In this document: positions 12,726 through 25,297 of the stretch, piece by piece
Position numbering within the stretch: the stretch's first letter is position 1
Layout: each line of letters opens with the position of its first letter
Assembly (NCBI RefSeq): GCF_006345805.1
Contig: NC_043003.1
Coordinates: 60,140,001 to 60,204,000, forward strand
Length of the DNA: 64,000 nt
Source of the DNA: Octopus sinensis
Taxonomy: Eukaryota
Direction of reading: 5' to 3'
Notes under the pieces: model-generated
Seen by the model: only the letters and a program-made list of their open reading frames with translations
Databases searched by the model: none
What the model was told of the DNA's origin: nothing
Position numbers and translations under genes: made by a program

Positions 12726-14059
12726 GACCTCTTCATCCTGCTCCAAAAAATCGGATGTCCACCAAAGCTGCTGAGGATCATCAAACCTTTCCATGATTTT
12801 ATGCAATGCACCATACAGCACAATGGTTCAACATCAGCAGCCTTCCAAATAAAAAAAAAGGGGTAAAGCAAGGTTGTGTCCTTGCTCCTACATTATTTGG
12901 CTTCTTCTCGCTGCTGGTGTCACATGCCTTTGAGACATCAGATGATGGAGTGTTTCTGCACAGTAGAAGTGATGGGAAACTGTTCAATCTCTCGCGTCTG
13001 CGTGCCAAGACCAAAATCAGAAGTGTCCTGATCAAGGAACTGTTATTTGATGATGATGCCGCACTGGTATCACACACAGAAGAAGCCCTACAAAGGCTCA
13101 TCAAATGTTTAGAGCAAGCATGTAGCAACTTTGGCTTAGTTATCATCCTCAAGAAGACCAACATCATGGGTCAGGCTACACCGGACATCCCAAACATACA
13201 TATTGGAGACCACAGTCTACAAGAGGTGGAAAAGTTTACCTATCTTGGCTCTACCGTCACCTACAACCTATCCCTTGATGCTGAGCTCAATATACTCATT
13301 GACAAGGCAGCTGCTGTGATGGCCCAACTCTCCAAACGGGCATGGGACAACAATAAGGTGACCAAGACCACAAAAATGAAGATTTACCAGGCAGGTGTAC
13401 TTAGCACTCTACTGTATGGAAGTGAGACTTGGACGCTATACACACGTCAAGAGCGTCGCCTAAATAACTTTCACCTGCGCTGCCTCCGGAAAATCCTTCG
13501 CATCAAATGGCAGAATCATATCCCCAACAAAGATGTCCGCAAGCAAGCAGGGATACCAAGCATGTTTGCACTCCTCACACAAAGACGTATGAGATGGCTT
13601 GGACATGTTAGCCGTATGGAAGATGGCAAAATCCCCAAGGACATACTCTACGGAGAGCTTGCTAGAGGCACTAGGTCTGTGGGAAGACCGTTCTTACAAT
13701 ACAAGGATGTTTGCAAAGGGGACATGAATGCCTGCAACATCAATATTACCAACTGGGAAGCAGTTGCCAGCAAATGTGGAGATTGGCGAAGTAACGTAAA
13801 AGAGGGAACACAAAGGAGTGACATAGAGAGAGAGGAGAAATGGAAGGACAAGAAAAGACGTCAACAAGAAACTATGACATTACATCCAGCCAGGCAAAGT
13901 CTTCGCTACATTTGCGGCACCTGCCAGCGGGAGTGTTTGTCCAGGATAGGACTACACAGCCACAGCAGGAGATGTATTAGGACATGAAATGTAAAAGCCG
14001 GACTAGATTATTTTATGCGCAACTCCATTGTCTCCCGATAAAAAATGATGCCAACAACA
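12726..14059 (+). mobile_element. 5'-truncated RTE-clade LINE (BovB-like) with intact 3' end
   Basis: RT motifs LFILLQKIGCPPKLL, GVKQGCVLAPTLF, LLFDDDAAL, VEKFTYLGS and LLYGSETW, then RLRWLGHVSRM-like and a C-terminal CxxC..H..H. Tail TCCATTGTCTCCCG...GATGCCAACAACA. Confidence 0.93.
12806..13987 (+). pseudogene. RTE reverse transcriptase C-terminal ORF (393 aa), inactive fragment
   Basis: Homology starts at ~12726 in another frame, with a frameshift in the A-run at 12851-12859. The catalytic motif reads FDDD instead of the usual FADD. No endonuclease domain. Confidence 0.88.
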
Positions 14060-14340
14060 TTATATATAGATTTCGTAGACAGGAACTGAAACAAATCAAT
14101 CGTATTGATATGTATGTATATATGTAAGTCTATGTGTGTGTCTTGGTGTTTCTTCCTCATCACTGCTTCACAACTGCTGTTCATTTATTTGCATCTACAT
14201 AACTTACTGGTTTCACAAGAACAAACTAATAGAATAAGTAGCAGGCTTATCAACATAAAAAAGCACTAGGCTGTGTCTCATATTTTTGTTTGCCCACTCA
14301 GTTGTATCTATCAATTTATCTTTGTATGTGTGTGTGTGTA

Positions 14341-14392
14341 TATCTATATCTATCTATCTATCTATCTATCTATCCATCTGTATGTCTGTCTG

Positions 14393-14456
<64 letters not shown>

Positions 14457-14480
14457 CCTATCTATCTATGTATATATATA
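14341..14480. repeat. (TATC)n microsatellite
   Basis: Direct inspection. Source of the YLSI-repeat ORFs. Confidence 0.95.
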
Positions 14481-15739
14481 TATATATATAACACCCTAAT
14501 GGGAGCCTTAACTCCCAAATTTTAGTCATTTCTTTTATGATCCAAAACTAGGTCAAAATTACTGAATGGATCTTTATGAAATTTGGAAGTTATATTCTAT
14601 GCATAAGGGTCATAACCCCCATGACACTTCATATATTTTTGCTGTTGATGAAATTTTAACCATAGATATTAGACACAAATGAAGTAATATTTATAGAATG
14701 TCATCCTCTTACAAGTTAGAAAGACCCTTCCATGGGAACTTAACACCCACAATTTTGTCATTTTATCTAAGCAAAAGCGAATACAGTTGTGCTCTTGGAA
14801 GCTGTAGGGTTACCCGAGTATAAAAGTTGAGCATTATTTCTAATTCAACGGTACAAGAGTGTAACAGTTTGCTTTGACATACACTTACATTGTGATTTCT
14901 GCAATGTGGTGCATAAATTGTCAAGTAAATGAGAGGCATCTTTGCGTCCACTGATTCAGTTGCAAAGTGTTGAGTAAAGTTATTTGATTGCAGACCTCCT
15001 TTCAGTCATTTTATTATCACTGGGTCACACATAGTCCCCAGATGATAACATTTATTTCAAGGCCTTCCCAGATGAATGACTGGCTATTCAAATACATTTA
15101 TAGATTGTAAATTTATTCTGTCTAGTTACATATCAGTATAGTTGCCATTTGCAAACTCCAGAAGTGACACTTTAATTTCTCCTTAGCCATCACGTCACAC
15201 AGTTATTAATGTTGATTTCAGTTGGGTCATGCCCTTCCAATTCCTATAGCTTTGTAATGCATCTTACGGCTGTGCCTCTCATCTGGATGGTGAGGAATCC
15301 TACATTGGGAGTGGTAACGACTAGGGTAGGGTAACTGACTGCTTATTGTGATCATTCGTGTTTTGGTTTTCTGTAGCTTTGCTCTCTTTTACAAACCCAG
15401 TGAACATATATTTCCTATTTTAAAGAAATTCAAACTATAGATATAAGATCTAAGTTAAAAAGATTCTCAACAATTCAACTTCTCTGGTTGACAGGAGCAA
15501 AATCTTTTTAACAGGTTCAATAAGACTGGAATTTCGGAATATGCTCATAAAGATCAGTAGTATGGGATACGTGTGGCACGATTACAATTTTTTTAGGGTG
15601 TGTAAAGAGGGAAATAACCCTCATCTGTAATTTTGATGAAATTTGAAATATAGATATTCCAGTTCATTACAGAAAATATAACAGAAAAGTCTAATTCTTC
15701 AATTGAATGTAACCGGGCAACGCCGGGTATCTCTGCTAG
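14480..15739 (+). mobile_element. Probable non-autonomous Helitron (3' end well supported, 5' boundary uncertain)
   Basis: 3' hairpin CCGGGCAACGCCGGG followed by CTGCTAG|T, shared with 38259-38626. Internal ATGAAATTTG motifs typical of these elements. Confidence 0.55.
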
Positions 15740-15790
15740 TATATATATATATATGACAAAGTGGAGTTGTGGGGTACCGCACGAGTGTTC

Positions 15791-15840
<50 letters not shown>

Positions 15841-15850
15841 ATATATACAC

Positions 15851-15897
<47 letters not shown>

Positions 15898-15923
15898 AAT
15901 ATATACATACATACATATATATA

Positions 15924-15986
<63 letters not shown>

Positions 15987-18447
15987 CCTACATACATACA
16001 TATATATATATATACATTCACTAACAAACGCACACTCACGCGTATATGTATAACACACACATATATATATACACACTCACACACACATATATTCATATAT
16101 ACATATATATATGCACACAAATATAACATTGATGTATATAAAAACCTATTTATTAATCAGTAGATACGTTTTGAGTTCCATTTTCCTGTTTGTATCACTT
16201 AACCTATATTGCTCGTGTTTACTGGTCATTTATGGTATATGTATGAAAGAAGAACAACTGGCGCAGCTCCTCATAACTTTACAAGTAAGAATCCATATTG
16301 GAAATCAGCAATTTTTAGGAAACCTTTTATGTACATTTTTCTTTATTGATATCTGTCGTGAATAAAGCATCACCGAAACGAACATTATAAAATCGACATT
16401 AGTTTTGAAATAAAATCCATTTACTATTTCCCAAATTGCCTTCTGTTCTAAAAGTAAATCTTTATATTACTACTCTTTTTCCACTCCAAAAGATCTTTGA
16501 CATTTGGTCTTTTCCCAATTAATTTAATGAGAAGGAAGTTACATTTTTCCCCTTCTTTCTAAAGGTGTTACTGAGTCTGCGCAGTCACGTTATCGTGTCA
16601 CACACTATCAATGCAATTTACACTTGTCAAACATAAGAGTATCATATTTGAAAATGTACATACTTTCGCAAAATAGAAATGTATTTCTCGAAACACTTAT
16701 TTATAATATACAACGTGCATCACAAGGCATTCACGCTGATGCACTTCCATTTATGTTTGTGTGTTTGTGTATGTGTGTGCGCCTGTATTGTGTGCTTGTG
16801 TGCGCGCCTGCATTGTGTGTGTGTGTGTGTGTGTACGTGCAGTGTGTCTGTATTTGCTTGGAGGTCTGAATGAGTGATTGTTAGTTGACTGATAGAACTA
16901 TAACACCCCCTGAAAAGAGCTTTGCGGTAAATGTTCTGGCTATTTGCATTTTGTGTTCAAATTCAACTGAAGTCATCTTTATGTTTTATATTTTTTCATG
17001 ATAGAATAATAAGGTACTACACTTTCTCTCTCATTCACTCAGAATCGACATCATTGCGTTGCGAGTGTCATGGTAGATCACCTACTGTATCACAATATAC
17101 CATGTTTTGGAAAGAGAGAAGACGAAACACAAGCATCGAAATCTTCTTTAGCAAGGTGTAAAATTTCTCAAACTAACCACCTGAAAATGAGCGGGAAACT
17201 TCCAGAAAAGAACAAAATAAACTGAATAATATCCTTCAAACTCAATCGATTAGTCGATTAATGAAGCAAACGTTTCACACATTCTCTGAGAATAACAACC
17301 GTGCTAAAAATATTCCTCATTTGTCACTTGTCATGTGAGAATGTGACCAGTTTTAATTGTCTCTTGCTATCGTAAATCTTACAGTACAGCTTAAGGTCTT
17401 CAACACAAAAGGTAAGGATGACATTAAATTTTCTCTTTACTGCTAATCATATGATATAGCCTTGGCATTTCCTGAACAAGGATGGCAAACGCCTTCATTG
17501 TCAAAACGAGCGGCAATTACCGATACATTGTTAAATTGGAATAGACTCATCTGTGACTTAATCCTGTTTGTGATTATCATACAAGAATGTAAAAGTATTA
17601 TGTATTATGTTTTAGTCTGTCTTTTAATGATATTGCACTTTGGAACTTGGCAAAGATATGCAACTCTTTCATAAGTGTGAGATAGAATCTAATACTTTAT
17701 TATAGTCTAGTAATAATCTTATCAAACTTTAGGAATACTGATTCGCATCACAAAGGAGAGTGTCATTGATGAGTTGCTGCATGACAGTTTCCCAAACTAT
17801 CTTCTTACCTTTGTTCGGCTCACAAGTCGCCGTTTGTTCCAATGGATCGTTTAAAATCGAGTGGCATGTTTTTTTTTATTCATAACATTTGAACATGCTA
17901 TTGGGCTTGTAGTCATTGATCAATGCATTTCCTGGCTTCAGCAGTAAGTTTCTCGGGCTAACCAATAGATTAACGTTTATTTGAAAATGTTGACGATAGC
18001 TTTTCCCGTAGTTTGTGATCTTCATATACTGGTAACTGTTTATGGAGTTTCTCTATTTACAAAGTTTTTTAATGGCATTTTATATTTTAGAAAACACATT
18101 TGCTCAGTGCACCGCTCAGTTGTCCGACTTACACTCATTCGCTATGCAGTGCTCTCGGAGTGACTCTAAAGAATTCCGGGAAGGAGAATTTGTAAGTTAA
18201 ATGATATATCTTTTCATATTACAATATACACTTTGTGAACTATTGTACTAAATGAGTGACATTACACTCTTATGAAACGAAGAGATTACTTTAATCTCAA
18301 AATTAGAAAAGCTACTAGATTTTCAGAAATAAATTGAAACGGTACAATAATTTTTTTCAGAATTTAGCGGATGAACTACACTGAAAATTTAATCAATTCC
18401 ACATAATAGAATAAGCAATTCGTAAGATTTTGGAATTCGGGAGAGCA

Positions 18448-19400
18448 TACACCACCATCATTGCTTCTTGGTAGTCCATCGATATCTGATGAAGACACAG
18501 TTTGTCGTCTCAGTAGTCAGCGGTGGGAACGCATGTGGCTCCGCAGTCAAAAGCCGGAAGCACAAGGGCACCTATATGTTGGACACTAGTACTATGTTGC
18601 CGGGACTGAGGATGATGCAGCCTGGCGACTTACATCTCCTGCTGCGAGGCATTGCCGCCTTTCTTCTTCAAAGCAGCTACAGCAGTGTAGTTGGTTGACC
18701 TCCAGGTAATCCTGTTTGTGGGTGAAGTCTCGAGTCTGTGAGGATGGATTCCACACCACTTTAGGTTGCCCTTTAGAGTGTCTTTATATCTCAACTTAGG
18801 TCTTCCTTGTTGCCTTATGCCTTCCTACAGCTCACCGCACATCAGTTATCTGGGGATGTGGTGGTCAACCATTCTGATGATTTGGTCAGCTCAGAGTAAC
18901 TGAGCTTTGAGCAGAAGTGCTCGATGCTCGTGAACTCTGCTCTGTCTAGGACTTTTCGGTTGGAAACTTAGTCCTGCCAGCGGATGCCCATGATTGTGCA
19001 CAGTAATATTGTATGGTACTCTTCCAGCTACCTCATGTACAGGCGACATAGAGTCTACGTTTCACAACGTGGAGCGAACGTCAGTTTTGTATATCTTGAG
19101 CTTCGCGGACAGCCTTTCTGTTGTAGTACTTTAACTCTGGGTCTACCAAGTACTTGGCTGGATTTCTAGATCCTGGATGTGATCTCATTATCCAGCGATC
19201 GTCTGCAGAGATTGTGCTGCCTAAGTACCTGAAGCTTTCGACACCATTCAGCTCGACCCTATCAGTGGAGATGAGTGGCTTAGGTCTTGTTTTATTCGGG
19301 GCTGCCTGGAGTAGGACTTCCGTCTTCCCGCGGCTGGGGATGATCATTGCTACTGATATCAAAATCATCGTGAACACCAGAAAGTTACTTCCGTTCTCGA
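18448..19400 (-). mobile_element. Degenerate RTE-clade LINE fragment
   Basis: Minus-strand peptide VELNGVESFRYLGSTIS and downstream RT-thumb-like segments, with many stops and frameshifts. Simple-repeat tail near 18450. Confidence 0.75.
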
Positions 19401-19559
19401 TGACTTTTAAAATGAAGTTAACTTTATATTTGAAGTCTGTAGGGGATATAGGATAAAACGACGTTAAGACTGAATGGATTTTTATTCAATTTGATAGTAA
19501 CAAACTTAGAAGAGCTCGTACATCTAGTTTATACTGACGTGATGCTTTGGTTGTCTTCT

Positions 19560-20200
19560 CCAGAATGAATGACCAGAGCGTGGATAATTATATAAAAGAA
19601 CTAATTAACTTTAACTATATAAATAGCAACCAAGTTATTCAGCAAATCTTTATTTTTATCATTATTGGATAAATATTCTCCAGCCACATGTATATATTTC
19701 ACGCACTTTTCAAGAGAAATTTTATGAATATGTCTTGATATCGCAGATCATATAACACAGCCCAAAAATATGCAACAGACCAAATACTACCAATCCTCCT
19801 GGCCTCCACTCAAACAGTCAAAATGTAAATAGAGATCCGCGTTGGACTGATTTGTAAATATGCTCAGTTCTTCAAGCTGGTTATATATTGAGCCACTATG
19901 ACACTAACTGTTGATATTCAGAGAAAAAACGCTGGTCTCGTAGAGAATACATATAAGAGCAGATTCAACAAACACATATAATCCTTCAAATGTAGATATT
20001 CAATTAATAACACTTCGCTGTATGCGGAAACTGAATGACTGTGGAGTTAAATTTATGCATGAAACGTAACAAATACATACTCATGTATACCAGTTCGAAT
20101 GAAAAGATACGTACGCTACATTCATTGAATAAGTTTTATACTTTTAATACCAAAACTACAGTCACAGAACAAAACTAATGAAATATTGAGTAACTGAAAC
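19560..20200 (+). mobile_element. Highly degenerate Penelope-like element, C-terminal/GIY-YIG region
   Basis: Broken frames give LLDKYSPAT-like and AGLVENTYKSRFNKH segments that parallel the better-preserved copy at ~34900-35400. Confidence 0.55.
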
Positions 20201-20693
20201 CACTGCAAGACTCTTTATCAAAATAATTATTTCAAGTCTGGCCTTCTCGGAAATAAATGCATGAAATTGTACCAAAAGCAATAAGTATAATTAATTTCAA
20301 TTTTACTCCCACCAAAGCTAACAGAGGGAATACACAGCTTAAACGAGTGCCTGAACATGACACTGTGAACGCCTATGGGTGGAATTATCGATTTTACATT
20401 AACGCGCGCACACGCATACACAAACACACATGTATATCGGTAAGTGTATATATTTTTGTGTGTTTGTGTGTATGTATGGCTGGATAGATAGATACATACA
20501 TATATATGTATATTTATATACATGTAGACATACATATATATATATAAATGTATGTATGTATCCATGTATATATATATATATATGTATATATATATTTATG
20601 TATGTATGAATATATATGTGTGTGTATGTATGTATATATGTATGTATATATATATATGTGTATATATATATATATATGCATGCATGTATCTAT

Positions 20694-21127
20694 AGTGATG
20701 GTTTGTTGCCAAATTAATACGGCAGTCCCATGAAAGGGAAGAATGCTACTGCTATTTAGCCGCAGAAAACATCGCTTCCAGTTGGCTATTTGACACAAAC
20801 GTTCTATGTCCTGGAGTTTTCAAACAGGGGGAAAAGCGCCTCCATCCAGCAAAGCCAGCATCCAGAGATTAGTTTCCAAAGGCGAATAAGCATCGACAGC
20901 TAACAAGCCAAGCTACTCCACACTGATGAAGAGCAATGACTCTGAAACTAGTCTCTGGATGCTGGCTTTGCTGGGTGGAGGTACTTATCTCTCCTGTTTG
21001 TAAAATTAAGTATACAGAACATTTGTGTCAAATAGCCAACTGGAAATGAAGTGTTCTGCGGGTAAATAGTAGTAGCATTCTTCCCTTTCATGGGACTGCC
21101 GTATTAATTTGGCAATAAACTATCACT
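20694..21127. mobile_element. Fold-back element, inverted arms 20694-20876 and 20944-21127, hammerhead at the spacer/right-arm junction
   Basis: Arms of ~183 bp are reverse complements (AGTGATGGTTTGTTGCCAAATTAATACGGCAGTCCCATG... / ...CATGGGACTGCCGTATTAATTTGGCAATAAACTATCACT). Confidence 0.88.
20917..20959 (+). ncRNA. Minimal type I hammerhead ribozyme motif
   Basis: Stem I TCCACA/TCTGGA (5 of 6 pairs). Core CTGATGA (20923-20929). Stem II AGAG-CAATGA-CTCT. GAAA at 20944-20947. Palindromic stem III ACTAGT. GUC triplet ending at 20953. Confidence 0.8.
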
Positions 21128-21189
21128 TTATTGTGCTGCTACTGTATAAGTTTCTCTGAGAGATTTAGAAATGCGATATTTCGTATATA

Positions 21190-21255
<66 letters not shown>

Positions 21256-21342
21256 ATGTGTATATATAATTATCATGCGTAGTGATGTACATATTTGTGT
21301 GTAATTCTCTAATCAAGTAAAATACAAACATATGTGTGCATA

Positions 21343-21460
<118 letters not shown>

Positions 21461-23119
21461 TCTGTATGTGTGTGTTTGTGTGAGTGATCGTTTGTGTGTA
21501 TGCGCTTGCATGTATGTGTATTCTAATAAGTTAGACTAGTAATAGATAGGAAAAGAGAAGAATAAAATGGAAAAAGTTATTGTACTTGTTCGACCAAATT
21601 TGTAATTGGGGAAAACATCATGTTAATTTTGTTGTTATTTTCAAAACATCTAGAACCATTTTCTCAGTCTTAGGAAAGCGCCGAGATGAATAAAAAAACA
21701 AAATGAAACTAGCGAGTTCAAACAAAAGTACACAATTGTATTCAAGACAATGCAACGGTCCAAATCACTCTTACACTGTTTACCTTTACAATAGAAAGTG
21801 AATTTTCAAAGGAATATTTTCTGTCACCCTCGAAAAAAAAAAACAAAGTTTCGTTTCAATTCATTAAAAAAACAACGACAACTACACATCCTCGAGTGTT
21901 CTGTTTTGGCGCAAATGAATATCGAATATCGGGTTTGGTATTGTAACAAGTGAAAAGATTTGCCAATTAACAGTCAATTTTCGCAGTTGTTTGTTTCTAT
22001 TGAAATTAATACACTAAAACAATCTTCTTTCCTTCACTCTGAGTAAAATAAAATGAAATAAAATAAAAAAGTAATTTAGCACACGCTGACACCGAATACA
22101 TGTTCTTCAGTTGTACGTATTTTCAGCCGCATCAGAACATGATGAATTTATCAAGTGTAACAAAGAATATAACATTGTTTCTTCATTTCAATACATATGG
22201 TTATTGATTAATTAAAAGAAAGTCTATCGCAATTTACGAGATAAATTAATACAATACACACGTAAATAATATTTCGAAAGCAAGACGAAGATTATTCATT
22301 TTCATTTCAAACAATTCCAGTCCTCTGTTCTTTTATTAAATATCTTTTCATCAGAATGCGAGTTATTGTGTGAAAGAAAGAGTGAATAGTTGCAAACAAG
22401 TCGAAGTAAGACGGCTTATGTCACAGCAACATTTTCTTATTGTTTGTTGCTTTTATTTATTGAGATAGATATTACTTTCCGTACGCCAATTCTATTATCA
22501 ACCATCACATTCAGATGTTCAATCCGTGAAGAAAGCTTCTTCGTACTCACTCGACTTTCTTAAAGCAGTAGCTAAATTTCTCAATTTAACTAAAATAGAC
22601 AAAGTAGTACCTAATGTATGTACACAAAGATGAAATAACGAGAGTAGGAAAATCATTATCATAAGTGTGTATGATGGTCGCTGACATGAGAGGGTGTCTA
22701 AAAAGGAAAACCCATTTTAATGGACGACACAATATTTTTCTTCAATATAATTAGAAATAGGGATCAGAATCTCCCAGAAATCACTCTGTCGCTTCTTAAG
22801 AAAACACTGTAAATCGGATACTGTAGTTCGGTGTAGAAAATTCCGCCCTACCCCGAGAAAGGAAGATCTCGCTGTAGTTCTTTAGATCGTGAGTCTTCAG
22901 GATTAGAGATGATCTGTTATTGAATGTCAATAGTGAACACTAATATGATATTGCTGTATATGTTAATTCAGAGCGAGGTGAACAATGTATATTTATTATA
23001 AAAAAGGGAAGCTTTACCTTTTCTAGTATAATTATACATTATTGTACGTCAGCAATGTTCGCCTCTTACATTTTTTTTATCTTCTACCAAAATGAGAATA
23101 CGAATAAAAAGTCAATAAC

Positions 23120-23295
23120 TTGTGCTTAGCAGCATTTCGTCCATCTTTACGTTCTGAGTTCTAATTAATCCGAAGTCTCTTTGTCCTTCATTCTTTCGGG
23201 GTCGCTAAAATAAGTACCACTTGCACACTGGGGTCGATGTAATCGATTAGCAATCCTCACCCCAAATGTCATGACTGTGCCTATAGAAAAGATTA
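23120..23295 (+). mobile_element. SINE S2, degenerate
   Basis: GCATTTCGTCCATCTTTACGTTCTGAGTTC...CTTTCGGGGTCGCTAAAATAAGTACC...CTGGGGTCGATGTAATCGA. Confidence 0.7.
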
Positions 23296-23654
23296 TTACT
23301 TGTGTTTATATAATTAATTTTTGACATGTCTTTATATGATTGACTTATTACTTTTCCAGTCAGTTTTGGCAATACATATTTTAAAACGGAAATGACTGAA
23401 AAAGATTAACATTGGCCTTGCACAAGAATAACGTTTATATTTATAGAACACATTTTCTTAAGTTTTAGTTGACCCAAGACTATGGTTGTATATAAGTGCC
23501 GAAAGTAAAGCGCTTCAGTAGAATAGATTGCTATTTAAAATATTATGTACGCATGTACATAGTATTTAGAATTACACAATATATATTTACATATTATTAC
23601 AAAATTTTCGTATATAACTAACTACCTACCTACCTACGTATATATGTATGCATG

Positions 23655-24462
23655 TATGCATGTAAGTATGTATGTATCTATGTATGCATGTATGTCATTA
23701 TTCAGTTTATTTCAAGATTTCTTTTCAATAGAGAAAGAACCGGTTTCTAACCTAGATCAAAGGCCCTTTCATTGGGATTTCAACATCAACAACAAGGTAT
23801 TTTTGTATGTATGTATGTAAGTATGCATGTATGTATGCATGCATGTACAGATTAGTATGTTTTACGTATGTATTCTCTTGCATATAGTTGTATATTTAGA
23901 CATATATATATTCAACCGGTAAACTTCTGGTAAGTTTTACAGATTTTTACAGTTCCATTGATGGATTGGATCTGTAGTCTTCGAATTAGCTTTCTCCTTT
24001 CTGGTTTTGAGAAGCTTAATTTCTCAAGAATGGTATTTAGGCAGTGTGTTACATATCCCAGTATCCCAATAAACCTGTATATAAGCAGGTATAAACTTGA
24101 ACTTCTAATCTGGATAGAGTGGCTGCAGATTCCTCAGTAGTTCGACATAGTTGTTCTCTTTTTCACTGATCTTCAGCTTTATGTTAACATCCGCTGGGCA
24201 GCTAATTTCCACAGTTGTGCACACTTTCCCTTCTCAATCCCAAATCATTATATCAGGTCTGTTGTGCTTATATTTTATTGGGGTCTTCACTGGTACACTC
24301 TCACCAGTATTATTTTTTTTACTATGAGTGGCTATGGCTTCTACCATATTATGTGTTCTTTTTTCTTTGTCTTCGGGATTATTCTTCCGGCGGATTTCAT
24401 TATAGTGTCCCAGCTACAACGTCATGTCTCATCGGTAGGTACATTTTACGGCTTTTCCTGCA
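23655..24462 (-). mobile_element. 5'-truncated R4/Dong-like non-LTR retrotransposon (restriction-like endonuclease C-terminus plus 3' UTR)
   Basis: Minus-strand translation KYKHNRPDIMIWD*EGKVCTTVEISCPADVNIKLKISEKENNYVELLRNLQPLYP is the PD..E..CP..K..KY-type RLE signature, with in-frame stops. Confidence 0.8.
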
Positions 24463-24470
24463 TTTCTATG

Positions 24471-24511
<41 letters not shown>

Positions 24512-24774
24512 CAATTAAGGACAACTACTTAATAAGGAAAACTTAACAAGAAATTGTCAGGTAGATAGCGTGAAAACCTCATAAGAGAAAAAATTTCGAA
24601 AATAATTATTTCTTATTGAACATATTAATTTATATATAGAGGGCATTATACATACATGCCAGATGGCATTATACATACATGCCACACGCTAAGAGGGACA
24701 ATTAGTCATTTCTACCAAAAATATTACTAATCCCACCGAATGCAATTTTTCAAAGTAAGACATTTAAAAAATAT

Positions 24775-24822
24775 AGACCTGTATCACAGTGATTTCATAC
24801 TTACGTATTCATCAGCAGGCCT
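24775..24822 (-). ncRNA. Type I hammerhead ribozyme, array copy 1
   Basis: Minus strand AGGCCTG-CTGATGA-ATAC-GTAA-GTAT-GAAA-TCAC-T-GTGAT-A-CAGGTCT. Confidence 0.85.
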
Positions 24823-25249
24823 GGATGTATCATACATAAACGACCCTGCCTCGCTTAAGCCGATCAGCTAACTGATCAACATCAACGAAGCACATGGGTG
24901 AGTTTACATATATTACATCCTGTAAATGTCAGACTTTTACGAATTGCATTTCGGAAAGGAAAAGTTTTTTTCGGAATAAAATTTAGCAATTAAGGACAAC
25001 TACTTAATAAGGAAAACTTAACAAGAAATTGTCAGGTAGATAGCGTGAAAACCTCATAAGAGAAAAAATTTCGAAAATAATTATTTCTTATTGAACATAT
25101 TAATTTATATATAGAGGGCATTATACATACATGCCAGATGGCATTATACATACATGTCACACGCTAAGAGGGACAATTAGTCATTTCTAACCAAAAATAT
25201 ACTAATCCCACCGAATGCAATTTTTCAAAGTAAGACATTTAACAAATAT

Positions 25250-25297
25250 AGACCTGTATCACAGTGATTTCATACTTACGTATTCATCAGCAGGCCT
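25250..25297 (-). ncRNA. Type I hammerhead ribozyme, array copy 2
   Basis: Identical to copy 1, 475 bp away. Confidence 0.85.

Noticed and set aside
18486-18510. CTGATGA-AGAC…GTCT stem
   Set aside because: Not followed by GAAA, and it lies in the antisense strand of an RTE remnant. Chance match.
20170-20210. CTAATGA…GAAACC at the 3' end of the Penelope-like remnant
   Set aside because: G5 is mutated and stems I and II do not pair. Cannot be supported.
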